64,000 nucleotides of DNA from an uncultured virus (IMG/VR IMGVR_UViG_3300020455_000010). Lineage: Duplodnaviria > Heunggongvirae > Uroviricota > Caudoviricetes. The stretch lies in IMG/VR virus record IMGVR_UViG_3300020455_000010. One strand, written 5' to 3'. The position numbers were made by a program, and so were the translations under genes. The notes beneath the pieces are model-generated. The model saw only the letters and a program-made list of their open reading frames with translations, did no database searches and was not told where the DNA came from. Positions 9,522 through 21,000 of the stretch are shown here, piece by piece (the stretch's first letter is position 1; each line of letters opens with the position of its first letter).

Positions 9522-10910
9522 ATGGCACTGCTAGTAACCGATAATGGTGAAATTGATTCCTTGCGTAATTTGCTTAACCAAAACCAAGCAATTCCAAGAA
9601 ATCTTATTCTAAAACTTTTCACTACCAATACATATCCTGCAGAAAGTGATACTCCATCACAGACAGCATACTACGAGCCTTATACAACTAATAATACCCT
9701 AGGGTATGGTACATCACCTGCCACAGGTTATAGTGCAATTATTAATACAAGGCATGATCAGGATTACTCACAACAGTATGGTAAACTGTTAAACGGAAAC
9801 CGTTGGACAATCGAAACACTCTCAACTGCTGCTATACAAGTAACTGGTAGTGGTACTGCCAACGAGTATGGTATTACCGTAACATCTAATGCTGAAATTA
9901 AAAAAGGAGACTATGTAACTGGTGGATCTGTTGGAACTGGTGCATATGTTGTAGACATCGATGGAAACAATCTTCTGTTAAGTGTTAAGAATCAAGGTAC
10001 ATTTGCTACGCAGAACCTAGACTTCGGTAAGGGCAGAACAACTGCTTCATATCCAGAAGAAACATTCGAATTTAGTGGACCTGCTGGTGACGTTTATGGT
10101 TACATGCTAGTACGTGCTAACAATCTACCTACAACCATTCATGGTGTAGCAGATGCTGGTACTGCTGCTGCAGGAACACAAATCGAGAAAACCAGTGTTA
10201 AAGGTAACATTGGAGACACATATCTTACACTAGCTGCTGTAAAAGCAACAACTGCTTGTACTGGTACTGCTGGTACATTTGAAGTTACTGCAACTGCTAC
10301 TACTGGTATTGCTGTTAAGCAACGTGTAACAGGTACAGGTGTTGCTGCTGGTACTCGTGTTGCTGGTATTGCAGGTACAACAGTATACCTAGATACTGCA
10401 CTTTCTGGTGCTGTATCCAATGATCTTGATTTCCAAGCAAACGTTGCTGAAAATCTAACTTTAGGAATGACAGTTTCACAGACTGCTACTCCTAATGGTA
10501 TCGATGCTGCTACTGTTATTACAGGTATTGATTATGAAACTGCTGATACAGATGGTACAGTAGTAGTTCATATAAACAATGCTATTATCGAAACAATTTC
10601 TGATAACGCTAATAACGGTGAAGTTCAGTTCGACTTTAGTAAAGCAACTGCAACTGCTCATGCATTGAATGTAGGAGATACAATTTATATTGCACAGGGA
10701 ACAGGTAACAATACTACAACTGCTTCCACTTACACCATATTTGAAACACCTGATGCAAATACATTCACTACAACTCCAGCTCTAGATGGAACTGGATCAA
10801 TAACACTCTATAGTGCGATATTCTTCGCTGAAAGATTCACAAATGGTCCTTACGCTATTCAAAACGCAGGTGACCAAATTAAGGTAACACTGAACGTCAG
10901 CCTCGACTGA
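9522..10910 (+). CDS. probable high-copy virion fibre subunit with inserted beta domains
   Basis: Core LKLFT...TASYPEETFEF...VYGY...AERF...GDQIKVTLNVSLD interrupted by T/A/G-rich insertions; double late promoter, GGAGAG RBS, own terminator. Confidence 0.65.
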   Translation: MALLVTDNGEIDSLRNLLNQNQAIPRNLILKLFTTNTYPAESDTPSQTAYYEPYTTNNTLGYGTSPATGYSAIINTRHDQDYSQQYGKLLNGNRWTIETLSTAAIQVTGSGTANEYGITVTSNAEIKKGDYVTGGSVGTGAYVVDIDGNNLLLSVKNQGTFATQNLDFGKGRTTASYPEETFEFSGPAGDVYGYMLVRANNLPTTIHGVADAGTAAAGTQIEKTSVKGNIGDTYLTLAAVKATTACTGTAGTFEVTATATTGIAVKQRVTGTGVAAGTRVAGIAGTTVYLDTALSGAVSNDLDFQANVAENLTLGMTVSQTATPNGIDAATVITGIDYETADTDGTVVVHINNAIIETISDNANNGEVQFDFSKATATAHALNVGDTIYIAQGTGNNTTTASTYTIFETPDANTFTTTPALDGTGSITLYSAIFFAERFTNGPYAIQNAGDQIKVTLNVSLD

Positions 10911-10936
10911 TCTGTTCAAATTGATATTTACATTAT

Positions 10937-10969
10937 GGGGGAATTGCATCAGCAGTTCCCCTTTTTTTT
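10937..10969 (+). terminator. intrinsic terminator
   Basis: GGGGAATTGC-ATCA-GCAGTTCCCC stem followed by T8. Confidence 0.85.
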
Positions 10970-10992
10970 CTTTATCACAAAGATTGTAGTTT

Positions 10993-13900
10993 ATGGCGTT
11001 TTCATACGCTGGTACTGGTAGATTATTCCCGTTTAGATCAGAGGATTTATTCGGGATTCTTTCCTATAGCTACAATCCATCTACTGGTGATCCATTCTAT
11101 TATCTTGATTATGGATCTGTAGCAGAACTACCTATTGATTCATGGGTCATTGCTAATCATGCAAACAAGACTATACAAAGTCTTGCTAATGATAGAATTA
11201 TCGATCTTGTAAACAGTGGTACAGGAAATTACGTAGATCTTGGTTCTATAAATGAAATCCAAGCAGTATCTCAAGACGATTGGGGACTCATCACTACATC
11301 TTCAGATGTATTCTCATTCGGAACATTTAAACTAGTCAGTCTACCAACTTGGAGTGTACATAAGGTATGGGTTGGTACTGGTCAGATTTGGGAGCGTGGT
11401 CGTGCTATAACACGTCTAATTGCTCCTTACCAAGCTTCGGGTACCTTACGATTAAGTGGTCTCTCAACGACCTTCTATGTACCTAGTATTGCTACGGATG
11501 GGATTCTCCCATTCCGTAGTTTTGCTACGCAACGAACTCTTGTACATGAATTAGGAACTGGATCCCTCAAGAAATTCTCTGGATCGGCTGAAGCAGTCAC
11601 ATTTAATTCAGAAGAAAGACAACTATTATTCTCTGTTAATGGCAATAGTGATAGTAGATTCACATCTAATTTAGATGGTTCGGGTATTGTATCAGTTGAT
11701 GGTACATTAGATGAGAGGTATACACCTGCATACATTGGTACTGGTAGATTACCATCAGTATCAAGTCTAGATGAAAGACGCACATACAATTATGATGGTG
11801 TTTCACACGATCTATTTGTATACAAAGATTTCGGATCAATTACTTCTCCAGTAATTGACTCTTGGGTAATACAAAATCATGCGAATGAGACTATACAAAG
11901 TCTCGCTAATGATAGAATTATTGATCTAGTAAACTCCACAACAGGTGGACAGTATCTAGATTTCCAATCTATATTAATAGATGGTCAGGATCCTTTAGAG
12001 ACCGTAGTAGAAGATTGGGAGTATATTTGGCAAGGAGATGGTAGCAGATATGCTATGGGACTATGGAGTCTCAAAGGTACTGCTAAACAAAACTTTGTAC
12101 CTAACTGGAATGGTTCTGGTACCCTATTTGGATTTGGTAATGGTATAGGTAGAGTTAAACCTAGGTGGATTGCCTATGTTCAGACAAAGATTAGTGGTGC
12201 TGCAAAGACTAACTTCAGTCTACTTGCTATTGGTGGAGGTCATCTATTTACTCTATCTAATGGTGAACAGAGAAGAACATTTGGTTATGAAGGTACAGGT
12301 TCTATCTCCACAATTAGTGGTGCTTCTGAATCAGTCTCCTTCAATCCAGAAGATAGACAGTTATTATTTAATATCACTGGTATTGGTCACGAGATCTTTA
12401 CTCCTAACTGGAATGGTTCTGGTACCATACCATTCAGTGGACACCTAACAGAAAGACAGACAGACCACTGGTTGGGATCTGGATCTCTATTCAACTTCTC
12501 TGGTGGTCAGGAGAATGTTGTATACGATTACAATCCACTATCTCATGCTATCTTCGAGAAGAGAGATTTTGGTTCTGTATCCAGTCCTGTTATTGATTCA
12601 TGGGTTATTGCTAGTCATGCCAATGAAACTATACAGAGTCTAGCAAATGATAGAATTATTGATCTTGTAAACAGTACAACAACAGGTCAATATCTAGATT
12701 TCAAATCAATATTAATAGATGGTCAAGATGCTCCAGAGACTGTAAGGGAGGATTGGGAGTATATTTGGCAAGGTACAACTAGATATGCCTTTGGTGATCT
12801 CACTATTAGTGGTGCTGCCAAGACTAACTTTAGTCTATCTCATATTGGTAGTGGTGATATTAAAGTTTGGGTTCGTGGTAGAGGTAGAACAAAACCAAGA
12901 TGGGTTGCATTTGTACAAACAGAAATTCGTGGTCAAGGTTCAGAATCTTCTACTATCAGAGAAACAGGAAGTGGTACTCTATACAACTTCCAGTATAGTG
13001 CATTTGCTAGATCCTTTACATATCAAACAAGACCATTTACTCTTCACACAATTGGTGGACTTTCAGAATCTGCTGTCTTCAATGTACGTCCTCCAACTGT
13101 TGACCTTAAGATTTCTGGTACTGGTCATGAGATCTTTACTCCTAACTGGAATGGTTTTGGTACCCTACCATTTACTGGTCATGCAGTTGAGAGACAAACA
13201 GATCATTACGCTACTTCAGGTTCACTATGGTCTTGGGCAGGTGGAGAAGAGAAGAGAACATACGATTACAATGCTCTCTCTTCACATGTCATATTCGATT
13301 ACAAAGATTATGGTCTAGTTAGTGGTTCAGTTATTGACTCTTGGGTCATTGCTAATCACGCAAATGAGACTATACAAAGTCTTGCTAATGATAAGATTAT
13401 TGATCTTGTATACACCACAGGATCAGGTCAGTATCTAGATTATCAGAATATTCTTATTGATGGTCAGGATGCTCCAGAGACTGTCACTGAAGATTACGAG
13501 TTTATTTGGCAAGGTCAGACTAGATATGCCTTTGGCGATCTTGTTGTTGGTGGTGCTAGTAGGACTAACTTTAGTCTTCGTCATAATGGATCTGGTACTC
13601 TATTCAACTTTGGTACTGTATCTGTACAGTTCCCATGGCCATGGACAGGTTCTGGAACGATCTATGTTTCAGGTGAAGCTGCACCTGCTGTTAGTTACAG
13701 AGAGACAGGTAGTGGTAGTCTATTCAATATTATCACTGGTGAGGAAGAAGTTACCAAGGACTACGTTGGTTCTGGTGGATTGTTTGCTATGGGTGGAGCA
13801 GCAGAATGTGTTGCTTCTATACCACCAGCAAGAACAGTTGATCTCAAATTTACTGGTACTTCAAAAACAAGATTTACACCGAATTGGAATTCCTTCGGAA

Positions 13901-16900
13901 CTATACCAGTTGATGGTGTTCTTACAGAGAAGTACGGACCTCATTATCATGGTAAAGGTGTTCTCTGGAATATCAACAATGTTGATGAGAGAAGAGTATT
14001 CAGTTACAACGGATCTTCTATTGACTTCTTTGATTATAGAGATTACGGTCAAGTTAGTTCTCCAGTCATCGATTCTTGGGTCATTGCTAACCACGCCAAT
14101 GTGGTTATCGAGACCATTAAAGATGAAGTAATAGGAGATCTTGTATACACTGCAGGATCAGGTCAGTATCTAGATTGTGGTCATATAGAACTTCCACAAC
14201 CAATTGCTGGTCTTCCTGGAAACCTCCATGAGGCAGATGTAAGGGAAGACTATGAATGGGTTATTGCACCTGATTGGGATGGAAGCATCTATCCATTTGG
14301 TGGTCTTTCTGTTAGTGGTTCTGCACAAACACCATTCTCTCTTTCACACACAACAACCTTCGATTACGATTCGGGAAGAAGAGCAGACATTCAACTCGAT
14401 GGTGTTGGTATTGCACGTCTTCCACCCTACTGGGCTGGAACTGGTTACATCTACGTTGGTGTTGACGACTTTGCCTATTGCACATTTAGTCTGTTGCATA
14501 AAGGTGATGGACATATTCAGACTTCTGGTGTTGGTGCCGAGTCTAGAATATATGCTCCATACATTGGATCTGGAAGACTTTATGGATTCGATGGTGCAGT
14601 TGAATCTACTTTGGTTGCATCTACTGCATCTGGAGATATTGTACTCTCTGGTACAGCAAGTATTCTGCTTGCAAATCATTATCATGGTTCTGGTGTTATC
14701 TCAACACTTTCTGGTGCTGCAGAATCTATCGCATTCAGTCCAGACGAAGAGCAGATGCTCTTCTCATTCGAAGGCAGAAGACTTTCAGAAAAAGTTACTA
14801 TCAGAGAGATCAGCAAAGGTGGAGTCATTACTCTATCTGGAGCAGGTGTCGAAACAGTTGCGTTTGTCGAAACCTTCGAAGGTTTGGTTACTCTTTCTGG
14901 TATTGCAACAGAGAGCATTGCTCCTGCGTTTGTTGGTACTGGAAATATTTCCACTCTATCAGGTGCAGCAGAAGCAGTCACCTTCAATCCAGAAGATCTT
15001 ACAACTCTGTTCGACATTGCTGGATTTGGTGTTCAGAAAGTTGCATACTCACCAATACCAGGAGATGGATCACTTTCTATCTTCGGTACTTCTGGAGATC
15101 CATTACTTGCATATGCAGAATCTGCTTCTGGTACTATTACCACGAGTGGCGATGGATTCATCAATGTATCTATTGGTGTTATTGGAGAAGGTGCTATATT
15201 CTCCAGTGGATTTGGTGGAGAAGCAAGAACGATCAAACTACCACCAATGCGAGAGGCACATATCCTCTTCAGTGGTACAGCAGTCGAAAGAGTTGCATTC
15301 GATCCTGCAGAAGATGGTACTCATGTATTACTTACTGGATCTGGATCAGAGAAATACATACCAAACTGGATTGGTTCTGGTACGTTACCAGTCTACGGTC
15401 AGGGTCTAGAATCTCATACCGAAATATTCACTGGAGACGGCAATCTCTTCTCCCATGGATTCGGTGGAGAATCTATTACCGTCAAGGTTCCTGCGATACA
15501 GGCAGATCTCTACTTTATCGGTACGAGAATCAGTGAGAAGAGAACATACAGTGAAGTTGGTTCTGGTCTACTTTACAACTTCTCTGGTGCTTCATCATCC
15601 AGAACAGTCAGTGAAGTTGCTGATGGTCTATTTGATATTGGTGGTCAAGGACTTATCAAGATATCTCTTGGTGTTATTGGTACTGGTAACATATCCACAT
15701 TCAGTGGTGCTGCTGAAAGTATCACATTCAACCCAGAAGATAAGACTACTCTATTCGATATTGCTGGCATATCTACCAGCAGGACTACCAAGTCCGAGGT
15801 TAAGAGAGTTGAAATGCAAATTGGTTCTACTGCAGAACCAGTATTCTTCATCCCAGATTATCCAGGTTCTGGTGTTATATCTGTATTTGGTAATGGTGGT
15901 ATCAGTATTGTACGTGATATCATCGGTACTGGTAACATCTCTACACTATCAGGTGCTGCTGAATCCTTTACTTACAACCCAGCAGACATCACGACTCTGT
16001 TTGATATTGTTGGTATTGGTACTTACAGGACTGCCAAATCTGAAGTCAAGCAAATTGAGATGCAGATTGGTTCTACTGCAGAACCTGTATTCTTTATTCC
16101 AGATTATCCAGGTTCTGGTGTTATACCTGTATCTGGTGATGGAATCATCAAGATTTCTCTACGTTACATTGGTAGTGGTAGTATCTCTACTCTATCTGGT
16201 GCTGCTGAATCCTTCACAGTTAATCCTCCAGATCAGACTACTCTATTCGAGTACAAAGGTACAAGGATTAGTGAGAAATCCACAGTCAGAGAAATTGGTA
16301 AAGGTAGAATTTGGGAATGGGGTGATGCAGGTGCCAACATTACCTTTGCTCCTAAAGGAGACGGTCTATTCAGGATTGATGGATTCATTGAAGAGAGAAC
16401 TACCAAGCACTTCCATGGAGAAGGAGTTCTTTGGGACTTTGGTAATGGTGAAGTTAGCTTTACATATGCTTGGGCAGGTTCTGGTCTTATCACTGTTGCT
16501 GGTGATGCTCATGCTTCCAACACAGATGTTACTGTTGGATCTGGAAGAATTTCTGCTCTTTCTGGTGGTGCAGAGAAGACAGCATTCGTACCTGGAACCG
16601 AGGTTCATACTCTATCCGTTACAGGTGAAGCAAGAGTTGTTATTACACTATCTCATGTTGGTTCTGGTTCTATCTCCACACTTTCTGGAGCAGCAGAATC
16701 CTTTACTTATAACCCAGCAGATCAGACTACTCTATTCGATATTGCTGGAAGATCTGTCAACAGGATTACAAAAGATTACAGTGTTGATGATGGTCTTGTT
16801 ACTATATCTGGATCTGCTGCTGAATCCTTTGTCAGAGCATCCTATCCAGGAACTGGTGATATTACAACTGCTAATGAGGCAGAAGAAAGAACTACAGTTA

Positions 16901-17181
16901 TTGAAGAAGGTTCAGGTAATATCTCTACCTTCAGTGGTGCAGCAGAATGTGTTGCCTTCAGTCCAGATGAAGAGAATATGCTCTTCTCTTACAATGGACG
17001 TGGACATGTCATTCGCACAAGAGCATACCTCGGTCAGATTGAAGTCCTTGTTACTGGTGTTGCTATTACCAACCCACCATTTGGAGTTCACACAGGTAAA
17101 GGTGAGATCTTTGTTAAGGGTACTTCTAATATCGAATTTGTTTTTGCAGCACCTTCCAGAACCTACGGTTGGATCGTATAA
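10993..17181 (+). CDS. giant periodic repeat protein (2062 aa), putative virion scaffold or ruler
   Basis: Five ~245-aa super-repeats (DSWVIANHANETIQSLANDRIIDLV), then ~82-aa repeats (GxISTLSGAAES). Confidence 0.8.
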   Translation: MAFSYAGTGRLFPFRSEDLFGILSYSYNPSTGDPFYYLDYGSVAELPIDSWVIANHANKTIQSLANDRIIDLVNSGTGNYVDLGSINEIQAVSQDDWGLITTSSDVFSFGTFKLVSLPTWSVHKVWVGTGQIWERGRAITRLIAPYQASGTLRLSGLSTTFYVPSIATDGILPFRSFATQRTLVHELGTGSLKKFSGSAEAVTFNSEERQLLFSVNGNSDSRFTSNLDGSGIVSVDGTLDERYTPAYIGTGRLPSVSSLDERRTYNYDGVSHDLFVYKDFGSITSPVIDSWVIQNHANETIQSLANDRIIDLVNSTTGGQYLDFQSILIDGQDPLETVVEDWEYIWQGDGSRYAMGLWSLKGTAKQNFVPNWNGSGTLFGFGNGIGRVKPRWIAYVQTKISGAAKTNFSLLAIGGGHLFTLSNGEQRRTFGYEGTGSISTISGASESVSFNPEDRQLLFNITGIGHEIFTPNWNGSGTIPFSGHLTERQTDHWLGSGSLFNFSGGQENVVYDYNPLSHAIFEKRDFGSVSSPVIDSWVIASHANETIQSLANDRIIDLVNSTTTGQYLDFKSILIDGQDAPETVREDWEYIWQGTTRYAFGDLTISGAAKTNFSLSHIGSGDIKVWVRGRGRTKPRWVAFVQTEIRGQGSESSTIRETGSGTLYNFQYSAFARSFTYQTRPFTLHTIGGLSESAVFNVRPPTVDLKISGTGHEIFTPNWNGFGTLPFTGHAVERQTDHYATSGSLWSWAGGEEKRTYDYNALSSHVIFDYKDYGLVSGSVIDSWVIANHANETIQSLANDKIIDLVYTTGSGQYLDYQNILIDGQDAPETVTEDYEFIWQGQTRYAFGDLVVGGASRTNFSLRHNGSGTLFNFGTVSVQFPWPWTGSGTIYVSGEAAPAVSYRETGSGSLFNIITGEEEVTKDYVGSGGLFAMGGAAECVASIPPARTVDLKFTGTSKTRFTPNWNSFGTIPVDGVLTEKYGPHYHGKGVLWNINNVDERRVFSYNGSSIDFFDYRDYGQVSSPVIDSWVIANHANVVIETIKDEVIGDLVYTAGSGQYLDCGHIELPQPIAGLPGNLHEADVREDYEWVIAPDWDGSIYPFGGLSVSGSAQTPFSLSHTTTFDYDSGRRADIQLDGVGIARLPPYWAGTGYIYVGVDDFAYCTFSLLHKGDGHIQTSGVGAESRIYAPYIGSGRLYGFDGAVESTLVASTASGDIVLSGTASILLANHYHGSGVISTLSGAAESIAFSPDEEQMLFSFEGRRLSEKVTIREISKGGVITLSGAGVETVAFVETFEGLVTLSGIATESIAPAFVGTGNISTLSGAAEAVTFNPEDLTTLFDIAGFGVQKVAYSPIPGDGSLSIFGTSGDPLLAYAESASGTITTSGDGFINVSIGVIGEGAIFSSGFGGEARTIKLPPMREAHILFSGTAVERVAFDPAEDGTHVLLTGSGSEKYIPNWIGSGTLPVYGQGLESHTEIFTGDGNLFSHGFGGESITVKVPAIQADLYFIGTRISEKRTYSEVGSGLLYNFSGASSSRTVSEVADGLFDIGGQGLIKISLGVIGTGNISTFSGAAESITFNPEDKTTLFDIAGISTSRTTKSEVKRVEMQIGSTAEPVFFIPDYPGSGVISVFGNGGISIVRDIIGTGNISTLSGAAESFTYNPADITTLFDIVGIGTYRTAKSEVKQIEMQIGSTAEPVFFIPDYPGSGVIPVSGDGIIKISLRYIGSGSISTLSGAAESFTVNPPDQTTLFEYKGTRISEKSTVREIGKGRIWEWGDAGANITFAPKGDGLFRIDGFIEERTTKHFHGEGVLWDFGNGEVSFTYAWAGSGLITVAGDAHASNTDVTVGSGRISALSGGAEKTAFVPGTEVHTLSVTGEARVVITLSHVGSGSISTLSGAAESFTYNPADQTTLFDIAGRSVNRITKDYSVDDGLVTISGSAAESFVRASYPGTGDITTANEAEERTTVIEEGSGNISTFSGAAECVAFSPDEENMLFSYNGRGHVIRTRAYLGQIEVLVTGVAITNPPFGVHTGKGEIFVKGTSNIEFVFAAPSRTYGWIV
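11130..14150 (+). repeat. five degenerate coding super-repeats, ~720-740 nt period
   Basis: DSWVI motif at about 11137, 11857, 12595, 13335 and 14071. Confidence 0.85.
14692..16990 (+). repeat. ten degenerate coding repeats, 243-249 nt period
   Basis: GxISTLSGAAE-like motif starts at 14692, 14941, 15190, 15439, 15685, 15931, 16177, 16423, 16666 and 16915. Confidence 0.8.
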
Positions 17182-17185
17182 AATT

Positions 17186-17193
17186 TATAAATA
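17186..17193 (+). promoter_or_regulatory. T4-type late promoter
   Basis: TATAAATA upstream of 17221. Confidence 0.75.
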
Positions 17194-17220
17194 AAATTGG
17201 TATCCTAGTAAGGTTTATTA

Positions 17221-17679
17221 ATGACAACCCAGGTACAATTCAGACGAGGTTCCACATCGGATCACGCTCTATTCACTGGAGCTGCTGGAGAGTTAACAAT
17301 TGATACCGACAAGAATATGGCCGTCATTCATGACGGAACTACAACTGGCGGTTTTGATGTCTTTCGAGCAAGATGGGAATTGATTAATACTAGTCAAACA
17401 TTGGGGACTAGTTTACGTTATCTTGTTGATTCATCAGGAGGACCGTTAACATTAACATTACCTTTGTACAACAATAAGTTAGTACCAAAGGAAGGAGATG
17501 TTATTGAGTTTGTAGATGTTGGTTTCACTTGGGACATAAATAATGTTACTATAATCGATCCTGATGGAAGACAATTCCAGAACCAACTGGAAGTTATTTC
17601 TTCTCCTTTAGTATTTGATGTGAAAGGAGCGAGAGTTCAACTTATTTGGGAAGGCACCTACTGGAGGGTAATCGTATGA
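17221..17679 (+). CDS. tail fibre attachment-type protein
   Basis: MTTQVQFRRG...GELTIDTD...HDG N-terminal fibre anchor motif; YLVDSSGGPLTLTLP...GDVIEFVD gp34-like module. Confidence 0.65.
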   Translation: MTTQVQFRRGSTSDHALFTGAAGELTIDTDKNMAVIHDGTTTGGFDVFRARWELINTSQTLGTSLRYLVDSSGGPLTLTLPLYNNKLVPKEGDVIEFVDVGFTWDINNVTIIDPDGRQFQNQLEVISSPLVFDVKGARVQLIWEGTYWRVIV

Positions 17680-18065
17680 CGATGTATATAAGCGAAAGTA
17701 ATAGACAAAGTGGAGGTGGGATGACTGCTTCTAATAATAGCTATACTTTAGGAAACGATTTTACAATTCATGCACTGCGAAGAGATGCTGATGGTATGCT
17801 TAACTATACCAAAATCAGAAGTATTCATAATGAAACAGCAGATTTTCATCGTACAGATGGAACCCCATATATAGATCTTTCTACTGCAGTTTATGATTAT
17901 GTAGATGAAACAACTGAAGAAAAAACTCATTTGAATCATCCACATGATAAATACCAACAGTATAGGTTTGATAGCCGCAAAGTTATGTACTTTATTGATA
18001 GTGATGGCTACTTCTGCATAAGATTTAACGAAGATTATGATTATTCCACCGAAGGCCCCAAATAA
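17676..18065 (+). CDS. hypothetical virion-associated protein
   Basis: ATG at 17676 overlaps the upstream stop; HALRRDADGML...YFIDSDGYF. Confidence 0.65.
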   Translation: MTMYISESNRQSGGGMTASNNSYTLGNDFTIHALRRDADGMLNYTKIRSIHNETADFHRTDGTPYIDLSTAVYDYVDETTEEKTHLNHPHDKYQQYRFDSRKVMYFIDSDGYFCIRFNEDYDYSTEGPK

Positions 18066-18078
18066 TTAGGAAAACAAC

Positions 18079-21000
18079 ATGGCAGATTTTAGACTCGGCA
18101 GACTTAAGTTTAATTGGAGGGGTGACTGGACTGGTGCCTCTGCATATGTCATCGACGATATTGTAAAGTTCGGTGCCAATACTTATGTTTGTACAACCAA
18201 CCACACCTCCGTATCGCTAGAAACTGATTGGTATATTACTGATCTTAATAAATGGCAGTTACACACAGAAGGAATAGCATTAAAAGGTGATTGGTCAGGA
18301 GTAAGTATTTTCTACAAACTTAACGATATCGTTAAGTACGGTAACGATCAGTACAGATGTACTACTGGTCACACTTCTTCTGCTACATTTGCTAGTGGAA
18401 ATTTTGTTTCCTATGTTTCTGGTCTTAAGTTTGAAGATTCGTGGGTAGTTGGTACAGAGTACCAAGTAGGTGATATTGTAGTATTTGGTGGTTATACATA
18501 CGTTTCTAAAACAACTAATATTGGAATAGCACCTAATACTAGTATTGATGTTAACTGGGAAATCCTAACAACTGGATTTAAAGTTGTTGGTAACTGGGAT
18601 AATACTACTACCTATAAACCAGGTGACGTTGTATTACTTGGTGGTAATTCTTACGCTGCTAAATCTACAAATACTAATTCACAACCTACTTCAGTTAATA
18701 ACAACTGGGACTTCATAGTTGGAGGTTTCACGTGGAGAGGTAATTGGGATGCTGCGACTGCTTACAATCCTGGCGATTGTATTTCACGATTAAGTCATTC
18801 ATATATCAGTGTTGCTGCAAATACAAACGAGGAACCTGAAAATGATGTTAATGGAGATTACTGGAATCCACTAACACAAGGTGCTCAATCAAACGTTCTA
18901 ACAGATCCAGGTGACATTCTTTATGTTAGTGGTGCTGGTTCTACAAGACTACCTGTAGGAACTAATGGTCAAGTTCTTACTGTAGAAGGTGGATACCCTG
19001 CATGGAAGAACAATTCAGTTACACAAAAGGTTTTCTATGTTACACCAGACGGTAGTGATACCAATACTGGTGAAAACATAACACAAGCATTTAAAACAAT
19101 TCGTCATGCTACTGATACTGTTACAGGTCCAGCAACAATTTATGTGAAGGCAGGTACTTACGAAGAAACCTTGCCGATGACTGTTCCTGAATTTGTTTCG
19201 ATTGTTGGAGACAACATGAGAACTACAGTTATTAAGCCTGATGCTGGTAATAATAGTTCTACACAAGAGGTTACACTTGCTTCAGCTCCTGTTGCTTCTT
19301 CACGTGTTCGTGGAGAAACTGTTACTAATGGTCAACAGGGAGCTCACACATTTGTATCTGCTGCTGCTAATGCATTATCTGTAACTGGTGCTGGTACAAA
19401 GAATGTTGATACTGCTGCCTATGATCCTGATACTGGTGTATTAACAATAACTAGTGCTGGACATGGTTTAAATGCTGCTAACACAGTTACTATTGCTGCT
19501 AACGCATTAACATTTACTTGTGCTAGAGATTCACATGGTACACAGCATACATATCCTCGTGCTACAGACCCTGCTCATGCTACTGCTTTAGCAGTTACTG
19601 TTGTAGATTCAGATAACATTACTGTTAATGTTGGCATAGCAAACAAAGAAGCTATGGTTCTTGATGATTTACAAGCAGGTACAAAATTAGTTCTTAAGCC
19701 AACTAAAGGTGGCAACTGGAATACTAATGATACATTTGATGATGGTGCTAGTGGAGTTGCTGTTAGTGCTCAATCACCTATTCTTAACGAACATTCTACA
19801 TTGTTCTACTTAAGTAACAAGACAATGATGAAGGATCTTGTTATGGATGGAATGGCTGGTTTTGTACCATCAGTTTCTGATCCTAAAGATCTACATACTG
19901 CTACAATTAAAGGTGTATTCTTACGTCTAAATCCTAATTCAAAAACACTTAAATCACCATATGTTTCACAGTGTTCTTGCTTCTCTGATGGTGGAGTTGG
20001 AGCAATTGTTGATGGTAGTGTTCATGATAAGTATGATAGTGATGCAACACCATCTAACAAGACAATGTTGTTTGACTCTTACTCACAAATTCATAGTACA
20101 GGGACAGGTTCTGGTGTAGGATTCTGGGTTACTGGTAACAGTTATGCAGAAATTGTTTCTTGCTTCACTTATTATGCACATATTTCTTACTGTGCAACTG
20201 ATGGTGGTCAGATTCGTTCTCTTGCTGGTAACAGTTCTTGGGGTACATATGGTATTGTTTCTGCTGGATTCAACCAGACAGAAACAACAATTGATGGTTT
20301 TGTAGATGGAGAAGCATTAACATATGATCCTCTTACACTTTCCTCTCCTCCACTTGAGTTTGAGACAGATGAACAAATTGTTGGAGGTACATCAGGTGCT
20401 ATTGGAGAAATATTAAGTCATCAACCAAGTTCTAATACTCTTCTATATCGTGCTTTAAAAGGTACTTTCACTCAAAATGAAATTGTAACAGGTTCTACAT
20501 CTGGTGCTTCTTGTACTTTGCTTAATAATTCTGACGCACAAAAAGGTCAAGATGGATTTACTATAACATTAGGTGGTCTATCAGAAGCACCTACTGTTGG
20601 TGGTTCTCTTGAATTTGTAACTGGTGCTGGTGGTGCTGGTGCAGATACATTTACATATGTGGTTGCTAATTCTTCGTTTAGTCCAGCAAATGGACGTGGT
20701 AATCTTGGAGTTACTAGAGGAGCATTGAGTTCAACTGCAGCTGCACATGATGGTTTGACTAATATTATTCGTTATGCATATAAAGGAGACCTAACATTGG
20801 GTGCTGCAGTTGCTGATGCTACAACAACTACTATTACTGTTTCCAGTATTAGTAATCTAGATACTGGTGGATTTATGGTTGTTGGTGATGAAATAATGGA
20901 AGTTGTTACTTTCCCATCATCAACTAGTTGCACAGTAAATAGAGGTGCTGAAGGAACAACTGCTACTGCTCACTCTGATGGAATTACTGTTTTCGGTATT

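Noticed and set aside
11130..16990. Repeats as a CRISPR array or DGR template/variable pair
   Set aside because: Repeats are in-frame with synonymous divergence; no spacers, no adenine-specific pattern noticed, no reverse transcriptase in the window
12170..17194. Long +1-frame ORFs (up to 579 aa) inside the giant gene
   Set aside because: L/V-rich shadow translations expected from the codon bias and repeats of the real frame; similar shadows occur in gp23; no RBS or motifs
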